From contig NC_092674.1 in NCBI RefSeq assembly GCF_964355755.1, positions 22,506,001 to 22,570,000 of the forward strand: a DNA stretch of 64,000 nucleotides. Direction: 5' to 3'. Shown piece after piece: positions 48,278 to 61,700 of the stretch. The DNA comes from Antedon mediterranea. Taxonomy: Eukaryota > Animalia > Echinodermata. The notes under the pieces were generated by a model. It was not told the origin of the DNA, did not search any database, and worked only from the letters and a program-made list of their open reading frames with translations. Numbering within the stretch: the first letter of the stretch is position 1; each line of letters opens with the position of its first letter. The position numbers and the translations under genes were made by a program.

Positions 48278-51161
48278 ACACACTGATTGAGAACGATACT
48301 GAGTTGAGAATGAGAATGGGAATTCATATTTGGAAAGCGGTTCTATGGAACAGTTTTTTTTTATCATTAGAGTAGGCCTACTTCTACAAACCAATTAGGT
48401 GATTCCAAACTCTATGCAGGATTCTGAAATCGGGGTCTTTGTAAAAGCAAGTTTCACAACACTGATTTTAAAACGTGGAGATAATAATATAAAAAATGTG
48501 CATATCACTAAAGAAGATCTAAGCACTTTTAGACGTTTTATCTAGATAATTGACACCATAGCACTCTTCCTCTGCAACTTAACACACATGGTACATCACA
48601 ACAATCTATCACTCCATATGGCATGGCACGAACTCAGAAAATCCCCATACAAATGAAAAGTAAAGCTTATAAACCAAAAGTGTGTTTGTAAATCTATTTA
48701 AGATTAAGATGGATGTATTTCAGTTTGCTAACTGACACATAACAAACCCAATGGTTAGGTTCAAATGAGGGTCCAAGAGAAGTGTAAATAGCTTTCACGA
48801 TTCAGTAGGCCTACACAGTAGGGACAATACCACTTGTTAGCAAAATGGTCTAATGAATCCACATAATTGCCACTCCTCATTAGGCAATCATTAAGGCATT
48901 TACGATTTGAAACGATCTACTGTAGGACCTACAGTACAACAATTGTGCTGTTGGTCACCGTCTGCAATTATAATCTGCCAAAACTCTGATGAAGTTAATA
49001 TTGAGCGAATTTGGTACAAAGTAGGCTAGAAAAATAGAAAATAATCAGTATTGGGCTTAAATGGATTGTTGTTTATAGTTTTTGAAATTAGTTTTGTAAA
49101 TAAATAAATATTTAAAAATTTTAGATTTTTTAAATAATAATTTTATACTAATTTAATATTTCAATAATGTGATATATCAGTGAAATTCCCTTAGACTTAA
49201 ATTATAACTAATATTAAAATCAAATTCAGAAATGAGCCCTAATCTGTAACATCATGCATCTTTTTCCTGATTAGTCCGATTTAAATAATTATTACAAGTA
49301 GCCTATTGTTTTTCTAATGTTAAATTTCAATTTGATTTGTATTTATCTTACTATAATTCACCAAATCTTTGCGTGTATATCTGTGCGGGTTATTCTGTTA
49401 CAAGGGGGTTACACGGTTTTCAAATCTCAAAAGTTTAAAATTGCTTTGTTTATTCAATTTTGGAGCTGGTAAATTAATCCTGAGGATATAGGGTGAGTAT
49501 GAATCTGACAAATTATGTTTTTAACTACCTTTAGAAACCCACTCTGGGGCGGGTATATTTGCTAGTATGAAGATAATTTGCAATAAATGTTATATCATAA
49601 CTAGTATCCAGTTTGTTAACTACAAGTCAGTGTGTATGATATCTATGCTATGATTGAATTCAGCTGTGGGCCTAAATTCTCTCTTTGTGCATCGCAAGCA
49701 TGGTATGGAGTAAGTGACAATAGGTCCTCAGTTAATTAGGCACTACAGTAGAAAATAGCTATAGTTAGGTGTCATAACAAGTCTGAAGTGATTTTCAATT
49801 CAATTCAATTTAATCTGGATTTCACTCACAAATGAACAGTACAAACAGTAATGAAACAAAAAGAGTTGCCACGCAACGAACTCAATTACTTTCTATGGAA
49901 CGTCCCAAATAGCAGTGACACATAGTAAATTTGAGTATTATCTTTTATTGGCAAGTGCCATATTCCCAATTCATACTTAGGCTAAGGGAAAGACCCTTTA
50001 ATTAATACAATCTAAAGGGAAATACTTAAATATTTTTGAGTTAAGTGAATACTTAATATTTAAAGGAAATAACTTACTTATGTGTGATTGGTTAATACTC
50101 CCACAGGTGCAGGACAAAATTATATTGATCATACAATCCAATTTATCGATCTATAATTTCCCTATGTTTCATAACTTTGGGGATTTTGTGTTACATGAAT
50201 TTGTTGATTTTCAGGAGACTACCTGTACTTTCATGTAATCTTAATTTCAAAAAAGAAAACAAACTTTCGTACAATTTATCATGATGAAAATGAATTGAAG
50301 CGAAAACAAAGGAATTTACAGTTTTGTATATCTTAAGCCGATTTTCCACTAGAAAGCTACAATACTCTTGTATACATAATATAATTTCTGTGATTTTCGT
50401 TTCAAGACTTAACCATGCATCACGTCACCTTTTAATAAAAATGACTTCGTACTTGTTATGCCACCAAAATTTTGCCAGGGGTAGATTAATAACAATTCAC
50501 AGAATATGGTCTGATGGAATGCATATGAGAAGGTCAAAAAATAGACTAAAGAAAACTAAAAATTAGCACTACAGTATATGTATACAATTTGAATTTGACT
50601 AATGGAAAATAGTGAGGATTGCGGGGTGGTGCTAGAGATATATTCACTTAGGTAAAAATTCATATTTGTCCAAGTTTGTGGTACGCCACATATATTTAGT
50701 TCTGAATAATATATTGAAGTTCTCAACACTTCGATCAAGTATATTGATCGACATCGGAAAACTCAACAGTTCTTTTATAACTAAATATACGTGGCGTACA
50801 GCAAACTTTACATTAACAATAATATGTCTTTTCACAGCTGAAAAGTTTATTTTAATTATTTTTTAATTTTGTTTTTAAAAACTACAAAAATAACGCACTA
50901 ATTAAATTAATGCATATGTAATTATTCAGTGTGACATAATGTAACATTAATACAGTGTTATTAATTAGCCCTATAACAAAGACAAAGATTTCTATCTCTT
51001 CAGGTTTTCATATACCACCAACACCATTTTCAATTCAAAATCCTAAATTCGCCTCTGCTGTAGTCCTACTTTTAGAACCTATAACCAACTGGTACAGTAA
51101 TAATGAAATACTATATAGAATATATACACAATGGCTTTGTCTGCCATTGAAAACAGCGTTG

Positions 51162-52784
51162 CAGTGGTGGCGCCAGCGGGGGGGGGGGGCTACGGGGGCT
51201 CTAGCCCCCTCGTCGGGGAGCCTAGCCCCCCCCGTAAGGGAACACGGGTACTTTTTGTCGGGGAATATAATATACAGTAAAAAATGTTCGCGTTCACTTC
51301 ATATAGCTTCAGCGCCTAGAAAACCACGACGTTCCATTGACCGTGAGAGTACGTCAGAGGGCTATTATGCACTTTTATGCATTCATTCATTGCCAGCGAT
51401 CTAACTTACTACTAAACATTAGCTAGGTACGCACTTGTCTGGCGGTATCCCTTTGTACGAATCGTTCAACGTTGGGTCGACACGCTTACGCGTGATATCA
51501 AGTTCCATCCAGGGACCAAAATGTGTAATGTAGTTATTTTCCAGGCGAAGTTTACCGGCGGTTACCGAAGGGAACACGGGTACTTTTTGTCGGGGAATAT
51601 AATATACAGTAAAAAGCGTTCGCGTTTACTTCGTAGCTAGCTTCAGCGCCTAGAAAACCGCGACGTTTCATTGACCGTGAGAGTACGTCAGAGTGATATT
51701 ATGCACTTTATATGCATTCATTATTGCCAGCGATCTAACTTACTACTAAACAATAGCTAGGTTCGCACTTGTCTGTCGGTATCCCTTTGTACGAATCGTT
51801 CAACGTTGGGTCGAGACGCGTAATATCATGTTCCATCCAGGGACCAAAATGTGTACTGTAGTTATTTTCCAGGCGAAGTTTACTGACGGTTACGTCGTGT
51901 ACTGCGTCGACGTACGCTACATTACAGCAGCAAAAACGAATTGTCCGTATGTTCACCAATTTTTTAATTTACAAATAACCTTCTCTGTACCGTGGGGCAC
52001 CTAAAATAAATTTTTCATCCATTACTAAACAAAAAAACATGCTATTTTCGCTTAGCCAACATCTTATTATAGCTAAGTTATTACATTTTCAATGTCCTGT
52101 ATGTCATGAATTTCTCACCACTCGGAAGTCCAGATGGTACGCACGCATACACTTGGGAGGAATAAACTTATTTCCCCGACTGAAAAAGGTCTACGCTTGC
52201 GTTTTTTAAGCCTCTAGGCCTGATGTTTCCAAAGTATGAAATGCAATTTTTTGAAGACCTGCAGCTCTAGTTTTAAACAGTTTCTTAGCTCAGCCCCAAC
52301 AATAAAGCTGGTCATATTTCGAAGTACAAGAAGTGCATTTTCCGGGACCTAACATCTCTATTTTTCAAACATTTCTTAGCTCAGTCACAACCATGATAGG
52401 GACTTATATATTTTGTTTCATGTTTTGAAGTATAATAAGTCCAATTTCCGGGACCTCCAACTCTATTTTTCTAAATTTTCTCTGAAATTTTATTTTTTAA
52501 ATTGAAAAATATGGATTTTAACAGTCATCGCGCATCGTTTTTTTTGCACGCAGTATCTTATTTATGCATTATAAAAAATGGAAAAAATGGCTACCCTAAA
52601 TCTGATTAAAATGACCTCAAATGACGCTAGAACGCGTTGCTTCCGGGGGCTTCGCCCCCTGGACCCCCACCGGGGGCCCTTGGCGGCCCCCTGGCCCCCA
52701 GCCTAGTGATGCTCGCTTCGCTCGCATAGCCCCCTCGTCGGGGAATGTAGCCCCCGCGTCGGGAAGATCCTGGCGCCACCCCTG
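51162..52784. mobile_element. Non-autonomous hAT transposon (1623 bp) with an internal 332-bp tandem duplication
   Basis: 8-bp TSD CAGCGTTG at 51154-51161 and 52785-52792; TIR CAGTGGTGGCGCCAG / CTGGCGCCACCCCTG; direct repeat starting at 51236 and 51568. Confidence 0.88.
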
Positions 52785-53829
52785 CAGCGTTGGTATTATT
52801 ATCTTTATTCCATTCATTCATACCTTTTAATGTAGACCTACTACTGTGTGTAAGTAGGTATGAGGATAGGTAGATAAAAGTAAATTTGGCATCTTGACAA
52901 CAATTTGATAGCTAATGTGAAAATTGGTGTTGACCAGATCATTCACTGGATGGTGCTGAACGTTGATCTGAGGGAGCCTATGTGGATATTGTACCTCTTA
53001 TCATGATTAATGTGAACGGTTTTACTTGTTCTGTGTGCATCCAATACATGGAAAATACGTCCAAATATATAAATGTCTGGAATTTGCATCATAGTAAACA
53101 CCTGAGCTTGTCAAGCGTGACACATGCCACTGTGTATCGTTTAGAAAATTCCCTGATTTGACTTAGTGGACAAAATGGGCTTCTAGTAGCAAAGCTAACC
53201 TTTTTTGTATTTCCAAAAACAATCGGGAGAAATTACATCATTATGGGAAATGGGAGAATCATTCAAAATAGGCTATTGAAAATAGTGGCATAACGGCCAT
53301 GACCCTTTGTCCCAAGTGCTGAGGGCCCCTCAGATTGCCCAAACCAGGGGTATCCAGCCTCTGCGTTATGCTATTGAGGGAATATTAGGAGGTCTGAAAT
53401 CTGCCTTCAAGTGTTTTATATTAAGGGTTCCTTAAATACAAAGATTGAGGGCGATCTTTATAATTTATTAATAGTAGGCCTAATAAGTATCTGGATTCTG
53501 GAATAGTCACATAACGACTAGCGCTCATTGGCTAAATTCAGGGCTCAGGAATAAAATATTTTTTTCTTATGATTTTAAGTTGCTTTACTTGGAACTAATT
53601 GGGACGATGTTATCTATTTTATTTTAAAAGAATTTTAGTCGTCATATTTTAAACTAATAACAGATAATCAAATTTAGAGTAGCCTAACTATGCCTAACTA
53701 TTAGGCTAAGTATAGTTAATATAATATTGAAATTTTTTTTATATTATACTCAAATTATAGGATTAATTGCTCTATCCAAATGCGCAAGTAACCAAGAAAG
53801 AGTGCATGTTGCTGATCATGGCACATTTT

Positions 53830-54175
53830 TTCGTTTGGGTTGTCCAGGAAGCGTTATATGTGCTTTAACGGATCCGCTTTCACATTCACAGATGCACTAT
53901 TCTCTTTATCAAAGTATACAGTACTTATATGTTAACATCAGGGAAGAGTTGAATTTAACTCTTCCCTGGTTAACATGTTAATGGAGTATTTGAAACGTCA
54001 AAGTCGCATGCTTGTTGCAACATGTGCAATGGCTACGTATACGTTCCGACGGCTACTAGACATTGCATTGATTGTGGAATAATAATCAACTATGATGAAA
54101 GCATAGCAGAAAGCAAGTATTTTGTAAAATTTAGCATTGACAGTCAGAATCGATGTCTTCTGGAAGATACTTCTA
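53830..54175 (+). pseudogene. Possible decayed EnSpm/CACTA-type transposase fragment
   Basis: Broken frames ALTDPL..MH..S..YL then SHACCNMCNGYV..CIDC..KYFVKFSIDSQ resemble the Cys-cluster region of animal CACTA-like transposases; recognition only. Confidence 0.35.
53939..53968. mobile_element. 30-bp TIR-only hAT-like mini-element with 8-bp TSD; 56-bp relative at 45877-45932
   Basis: GTTAACAT-CAGGGAAGAGTTGAATTTAACTCTTCCCTG-GTTAACAT. Confidence 0.7.
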
Positions 54176-55135
54176 TACAAACCAAAATAGACAAAGCAAA
54201 CTCATATTTCCGCAATGACGTAAGTTTAACTTCGAGATCTGATGGAGTAGGGCCTACCAGGCAGTCTTCACATCTTCTAACAACTCAATCTAGCCACTTA
54301 GATTGATTAAAGAACTGTCATGCACTGATCGGTGGACTGTGGTTTGGTAACGGTAAGCCTCTTCAAATTTTTTAATTCCATTAGGCCTTGAGGAGCTAAA
54401 TGTTCTTAGTAGTGATGGGATGTTTTTGATAAATAAAGTTTGAGATAGACATTCTATAGAATGTTTTATAGACATTATATAGAATGTCTATAGACATTAG
54501 AGTTTGTTTCATATACCTCTTTTTTTGTAGACCACGTATCTCATTTTTGGTCACCATAAACTACTATCTCATATTTCATTTTCATATTTTTATCTCACTA
54601 TTATTGTTATTATTATGAATATTTACTGAAAACCTTGAAGCCAGGAATACTCGGTACTGTTTGCTAATACTAAATGTAAAATGAGAAAATATGAAAAATA
54701 AATAAAATTATAAGCCTACTCAAACATATTTTGAAAACTCGCGCACAGTAATAATGCATAATAACAATTAAAATCAGCAAGAAGTACCACTGTATCCTAC
54801 TATCCTATTTTAGTTGTACTAGCGCACAGTGATAATGAATAGGATACTAAAATCAGGTTTACTGTAGGCCATAATGAATATCTATTAAATCATGTTCCTC
54901 CATAATTAAATCAAGTCTTCTTTAGACTGTATACATCCGCCCTCATGAGGGCGGGCATCCATGATCTGTTACAAATTTGTAATGCAAAAATCGCGGATTA
55001 CTCAATGTTGTGATAATATATTCTTTGATATTCTATGACCACAACATCATTCTGGCAAACAGACCTGACGCTTTTGATCATAAACGTGATTTTTATTGTA
55101 ATAAAAACTGAAAACTATCCATTATTGTGTTTAAT

Positions 55136-55138
<3 letters not shown>

Positions 55139-55194
<56 letters not shown>
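55139..55194. repeat. (TA)n microsatellite
   Basis: About 28 TA units. Confidence 0.95.
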
Positions 55195-55196
<2 letters not shown>

Positions 55197-55769
55197 AGGA
55201 TAATAGAAAAGGTTTTTTGAAAATATTGCCTAATTTTATGTTGAGATTGGTGTGAAAACTGCATAGGCTAGGCCTGGCCTACTAGCTAGGCCTAGCCTAG
55301 GCCCTAGGCCTACTAGTAGCTAGAGGCCTAACTAAGAAGTAGGCTAGTTCTCTACATAGCCAGGCCAGGCCTAGCACCTGGCCTGGTCATGTTACTGTTA
55401 ATGTTAGGCCTAGGGCCATATATATATAGCCTAGCTAGCCTATCTATGCCTAATAATGTGATGTTTGATTGAGAGTGTGTGTGAGAGATCGAAGATATTT
55501 TCGGTGTTGTGCGATACTACTGTATCTACTACTACTACGCTAGGGCCTAGTGCCCAGTTTGCGTTTAGTCACTTTTTTAGGAGTTTGCAATAAATCTCAC
55601 TTTCCAAATGTTATCATCAATAAACACATTTTTTGACATTGACAACCCAAATTTTACAAATGAAATAAGAATTGCCATGTCTAATTAATATAAATACCTT
55701 CCATTCAATTCATTACCAGGGGTGGCCTAATCTATTCTATTTTATAAATAACACTTAATTTACAGATTG

Positions 55770-58700
55770 ATGGACACGATAACTCTTCAGCTATTTACTG
55801 CGTTATCCGTTACCAGTTTACTCTCGCAGAGGGTATATGGCCTGGAAAATGGACTTGCACGTACTCCTCCGATGGGCTGGCTTTCGTGGGGTACATTCAG
55901 ATGCAAAATCGATTGTGTAAATGATCCAAAAAATTGTCTCAGGTTTGTTAATGTATTCATTTTTGTCTGTATTATGTTTTTACCAGGAATAGCATCATCC
56001 ATCATCCATGTACACCGCATACAATAATCCAGTGTTTGATAATCCAGTATTTTTGGTTGTTCTTTCTCACACAAATCTGTACAATGCTTTTTGTTGCCCT
56101 TAAGCGTGGTTCCCACTAGCGACGCAACGCAAGGACGTAACGCAACGCAAGTGAATTGACCAATCACAAGCGATGGCTTATTCGCTTGTGATTGCTAAGT
56201 GTCTATAACTTCGCTTGTCATTGGTTAAAACGCTTGCGTTGCGTTTACGTCCTTGCGTTACGTTCTAGTGGGAACCAAGCTTTAGAAGCTACACATTTGT
56301 GTAAGGTCTTCAATGCTGCAACATTGAATATCTTTAAAGGGGGGTTCCGGGTTTAAAATGAATAGTTAAAAATGTAAAATATATTTGTTTGTCTCTTGAA
56401 CGGTAAAAGTTTCAATTTATATAAGCGCCCAGTGAAGCAGAACGAAGGCTGTGAAATCAGGCCAGATTACAAGTGCAGCTACGGCAAAATCACACTGTGG
56501 TTACAAAATAGGAAATTCGTGAAATGGTCCATCTTCCGACGACTCGTTATCATTAACCATATCAATTACTTTTGTAAAATTATACTTATCTGATGTAATT
56601 TTAGTCGGTCTTCCCATTTATAAAGTCAATTTTTTTATGAAAATTCATCAAAACAGTGAAAAATTAGATATGTTTGCACTTTACGTTTGCCGATTTTCGC
56701 ACCGACTTAGGGAAAAATCAAAATCAATGAAGCGTAACGTATACTGTACATTCCTCCTGCATAGGATCGATCGAGCGAGACGACGATACACGTGCTCTCT
56801 CTGCTGCCCACCATGCCTGGCATCGTCACGTGATAAGCAGATACAATATACAATACCAAACTGGTCGGGTCGAGTATACCCCGTCTATAATCACAACATG
56901 AACGATGTACAGTATTTGATTGAAGGTCGACTCGACCTACCGGAATGGTATAGATAATATAGCTCGAATGAGAGAGTTGGAATATTTGTGTAGTGCAGCC
57001 TATAGTAAAAGGCCTGGTAGTATCAATTCGCATAGGGTCTACTACACTATAGCTAGCTCAATTTTTAACTGGGCCGGATCAGCTAGGTCTCCTTCCTACT
57101 ACCTGGTCTACTTGCTTGATGCATGAGTATCCGCTTTTTTTGGAGAGTAAACTAAGCCTATTTTAGGCCTACTTAGACGATCGGGACACCATACATGTGG
57201 ACGGCGATCGGACCTTGTTTTGCTTCAATATTTACAGCCGATTTTGTAGAACGTTTTAGGTTTAGATTGTTTAGGAGTTTTGGTTGATAGGATGGGTTTT
57301 GTTATTTATGGGCCAATCGTCTAGTAGTAGTAGGCTAGCTAGGCCCATGGGCCCCACTGTTTTAACGGGTGTCACGAAAGCTCAGACCACGAAAGCTCAG
57401 ACCCCCTAAGACCTAAGATCACGAAAGCTAAGACCCAACACCTAAGATTACAAATATTTATCTTTCGCACCTGCCTTGTATTTTAACTCCCAACATTTAT
57501 TCTGAATACCACACCTTAGAATTGGCACTTTCATGAAAAAGAATCACATAAAAAGTAACAAATACATTTTTAAATTGATGATTTTACAGACGTTTTTCTC
57601 GCACACAAAATGACTAGCCTACAGTACTACAGTAGGCCTACCCCATGTTCAATGTTTTTGTTTCTATGGAACGTCAAAAGAGCAAAAATTATATAGAGGG
57701 CTGAAAACTCTGTGGAGTCCATCTACAGTGTGGATAGAACAATGTAAAATTAAAAATAATTGTAATGATAATAGTATAATCATGCAAGTACGAAGAAATA
57801 AATACTGGCAAATAAATTTTAATTTAAAAATCATGATAAGTTTTTTTGTTTCGTTTTCTTTCTGTTTTTATGCTTGTACTATTATTGTTGCTCTTTTGGT
57901 GCTCCATGGAAACAAAAACATTGAGCATGGTGGGAGCTCGAGGAGTTACATTACAGTATACAAAGAAACACATATGTAAAATCATCAATTTAAAGGATTT
58001 ATTTATTTGTTATTATGTGTTTCTCCTTCTGAAAGTACTTATAAGTCCTAATTTTAAAGTGTGGTGTTCAGGATAAAGTTAGTCAACAAATTTGGAGTCA
58101 AAATACAAGAAAGGCAGGTGCGTAAGAAAAACATCCTCTGAACCAACACAATGGAGTAAATATATACCAACAAACAACCCGTCAAGTTTGTTTGTTGTAA
58201 AGAAAAAATATACATTTACTCAACGGGCGAAAATAATGTGAGTTTATCTATGTTTTGCGGTAGTATTAAATTATATTTATGGTAATAAATGAAACCTACT
58301 GTGTTTAAAATTATGTATGGATAAACAAGTATTGTTTTTAATCTGTAGTATATCTTAGTATTTGTAATCTTAGGTGTTGGGTCTTAGCTTTCGTGATCTT
58401 AGGTCTTAGGGGGTCTGAGCTTTCGTGGTCTGAGCTTTCGTGACACCCCTGTTTTAACGTAGCCATCGTGGCATGGAATCCCTATAGTCAGAATGGCTTT
58501 CGCCCATTAGGCTAGGCCTAGAGTAGTATTGTACGTGAAGCCGATAATACGATCTGTACTATAGAGAGGTATAAAAATAGTATACTTTATGACTCCGTAA
58601 TCTGTACTAAATTTTGTATTTCATTAAATGTCAAATAAATATATGCTACTACTGTTATTATTACACTTTAGGCCTAGCTTAGAAAATCTACAAAAAATGT

Positions 58701-61700
58701 ATTTTACAATGATCGGGTGGTCGTCGTTTGACAGGGAAGAGAGATGTAAATTAGGCCTAGTTGACAAACACAACGTACATGACGTCGCGAGTTTGGAATC
58801 CACTGGTGACGTGATTTTGTGAATATCTCATGAATATTAATGAGCTTCCCTAAGCTGCTGAAAAACAGACTTTCCATGAATTTACCCTAAAATGTATATG
58901 AAATTTAATATTTTTAATTTCTCGTTATTACTTATTTATTCTGACATAGACATGACTAATAAATAAACGATATTTAAAAGCAATTTTAAACCCAGAATCC
59001 CCCTTTAAAACCATTAATGATTGATCATTGGACCAACATTCCTTGCTAACAAAATGTAATTCTTTTTCCAACAACCATTTTTTTTCCAATACATTTAAGT
59101 ACACAATTCTCTATTGGACGTCCCAGCAAACTAAGTGAGTACATAAGCCCTAAGATTTTCAACGACCTCTTATCACGCTAAATTTGTCTCTGTTAATTTC
59201 AATTATAAGCATTCTTTACTGTATATTTTAGAGAGGAGCTGTTTAAAGAAATGGCCGATATATTAATTGCTGATGGTTATTATGATGTGGGCTACGAGTA
59301 TGTAAATATTGATGATTGTTGGATGTCTCGTAAGCGTGACCAACATCAGAGGCTTTTCCCGGATCCTGAACGTTTTCCCAATGGTATGCAGGGAATTGCA
59401 AATTATGTAAGTAGATAAGATGGCAATTCTCCAAATACCCCTGGACAATTACATTCCAGTCAATTAACCCATTGGAAAACTACCCCCAAAACAAAATAGT
59501 GGCCATGGGGTAATATTCCTGGGGTATCTGGACAATTACTAGTCTGAGTGAGTTTGATTTGTTTAGTTGGGTATGTAGGGGGTTACTGTATTTCTTTATT
59601 CAATCGTAGTTGTCCTAAGGGATATGATTTGAATCATATAAAATCATTGTAAAAAACAAAAAAAAATGATAACATTAATTACTAACAACTAGATGGTACG
59701 CGAGCGAAGCGAGCGTACCATCTAGGTCGTGCCCACAGATGGTTCTCGAATACATAATAATTTCAGCGTTAAAAAACTGGCGATTTCAAATGTACGTACC
59801 GCAGGACAATAATACATGTCGTTTACAGGAACGAATAAATAGACACTGTGATTTATGTACTGAACTAAAATTGGCACCCTGGGAATTACTTCCGAAAGAG
59901 AAACTTATCACAAAATGAGACCAATTGTTTAAGTCAAATTTAAACAAACTTAATTTGTGTTTTGTTTTGTGTAACATTAGGGTTGAGGGATAGGAAAGAG
60001 GATGGGTGCAAAGAGGAACAATTTTTAAATATATTCTTTATCAATGTAGTAACGAAATATTAATTGTTTTCATGTTTTACAAATAATATACCACTAAACA
60101 CAGTAAAACATTGCGATGTAATACTTTGTTGAAACTATCACCGCCCTAGTCGATTGAAATAGTACAGTACATGTAACGATACATCACTACGAAGTGTATA
60201 TGTTTATATAATGTAAAACAATATGTGAAAACCACCTCTATTCGTGGCAAATCATAAATTCGATTTAATCGTCAATAAATATTAAATTATCTAACTCAAC
60301 TTAATTAGTAGGCCTAATGGTTTTCAATTGTTTCTTAGAGCCAATTCATACTTAAGTTGGTTCCTACCCTACCCACCAAAGTTGTTCTGCGTTTAGGGCA
60401 TGTGATGCACCGTAGGCCTATCCTCTACTGGCTTTACAACGCTACTCATACCAGTGTAGTGAGGGAAGGGTGATGATGTCACGTGGGTGGTTTAATTGCA
60501 ATAATAATGATTTGTACATAATATACGGCGACTGAAAACGCTAGCTCATTATCCGTTTAAAAAAAATCTCTATATCCAACCTCTGCAGCACAGATTGAAA
60601 AAAAAAATGGATCAAATTTCTGTTATGAGTATACAGTACTTGCCTTTACGACACCTGAAGGAATAGACACTTGTGGAACAGAGATTGGAATGTTCCATTC
60701 ATTTCAAATCAATACATTTGAATAAACGTATATTAAATCTATCAAAATAGTATTTTTAAAAGAAAATCGGCCTGTCTTCAACATTATGATGCTGTACTCG
60801 AGCTGTTCAACCGGTTTTCAGCCATTAAAAACAATTATCGTACGAGGAGATAGGAAAATGCGAAGCATCCTCGTATTATTGTCTGCGGGTATTTTTCAAG
60901 ATGGATATACATTAGACAGTGTATACCACGATCGGAAAACACCCCTATTTGGGGCAAATCGTTGAACCTAAATTCGTTTTACTCGTCAATAACTAATTAT
61001 CGAACTCAATTTAATTAGTAAACAGGGTTACATCAGGTGGTTAAAATCAGTACCGAAAGTACGAACCAACTTTATATACCATCGAGTAAACATTCTAGAA
61101 ATTACGCGCGATTTACCGAATTTTGCCCTTACGTAAATTTATATATAGATAACATCAGACTTTGAATAGGCCACTTTGTAGCTATTCACTTGCAAGGACA
61201 AAATAAATCAGTTAACAGTTAAATCCAACCGAAAACCCATTGGCTGGCAGCCAATTTGACTATTTTTTGCTTTAAATTACAGTTTTTCGGGTAAATATTT
61301 AATATATGACATTAAAATGGCTTATTACAAACAAAAAATTTCAAACAATTATAATAGCAACTGTATATCTTTAAAAGTCATATACAGAACTACTAGTATG
61401 TACTGTAGTCTTTCCTAATTTATCCGAAATTTCTCATCTGTAAGTATGTATTTTATTTGTTTTATAGGTTCACGATCACGACTTAAAGTTAGGTATCTAT
61501 AATACCTTTGGAAAGACCACTTGTATGGGCTATCCTGGCAGTCAAGGCTTCTTGGAAATTGATGCAAAAACATTTGCAGAATGGGAAGTAGATATGCTGA
61601 AGATGGATGGCTGCTTTACACCCGTTGAGCTTATACCAGATGGTACAGTACATCAATGTTAAATTCATTTGCAACAAAACTTGATTCTCACTAGGATGAT

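Noticed and set aside
52617-52830. Three overlapping Gly/Pro-rich ORFs
   Set aside because: By-products of the GC-rich subterminal region of the hAT element.
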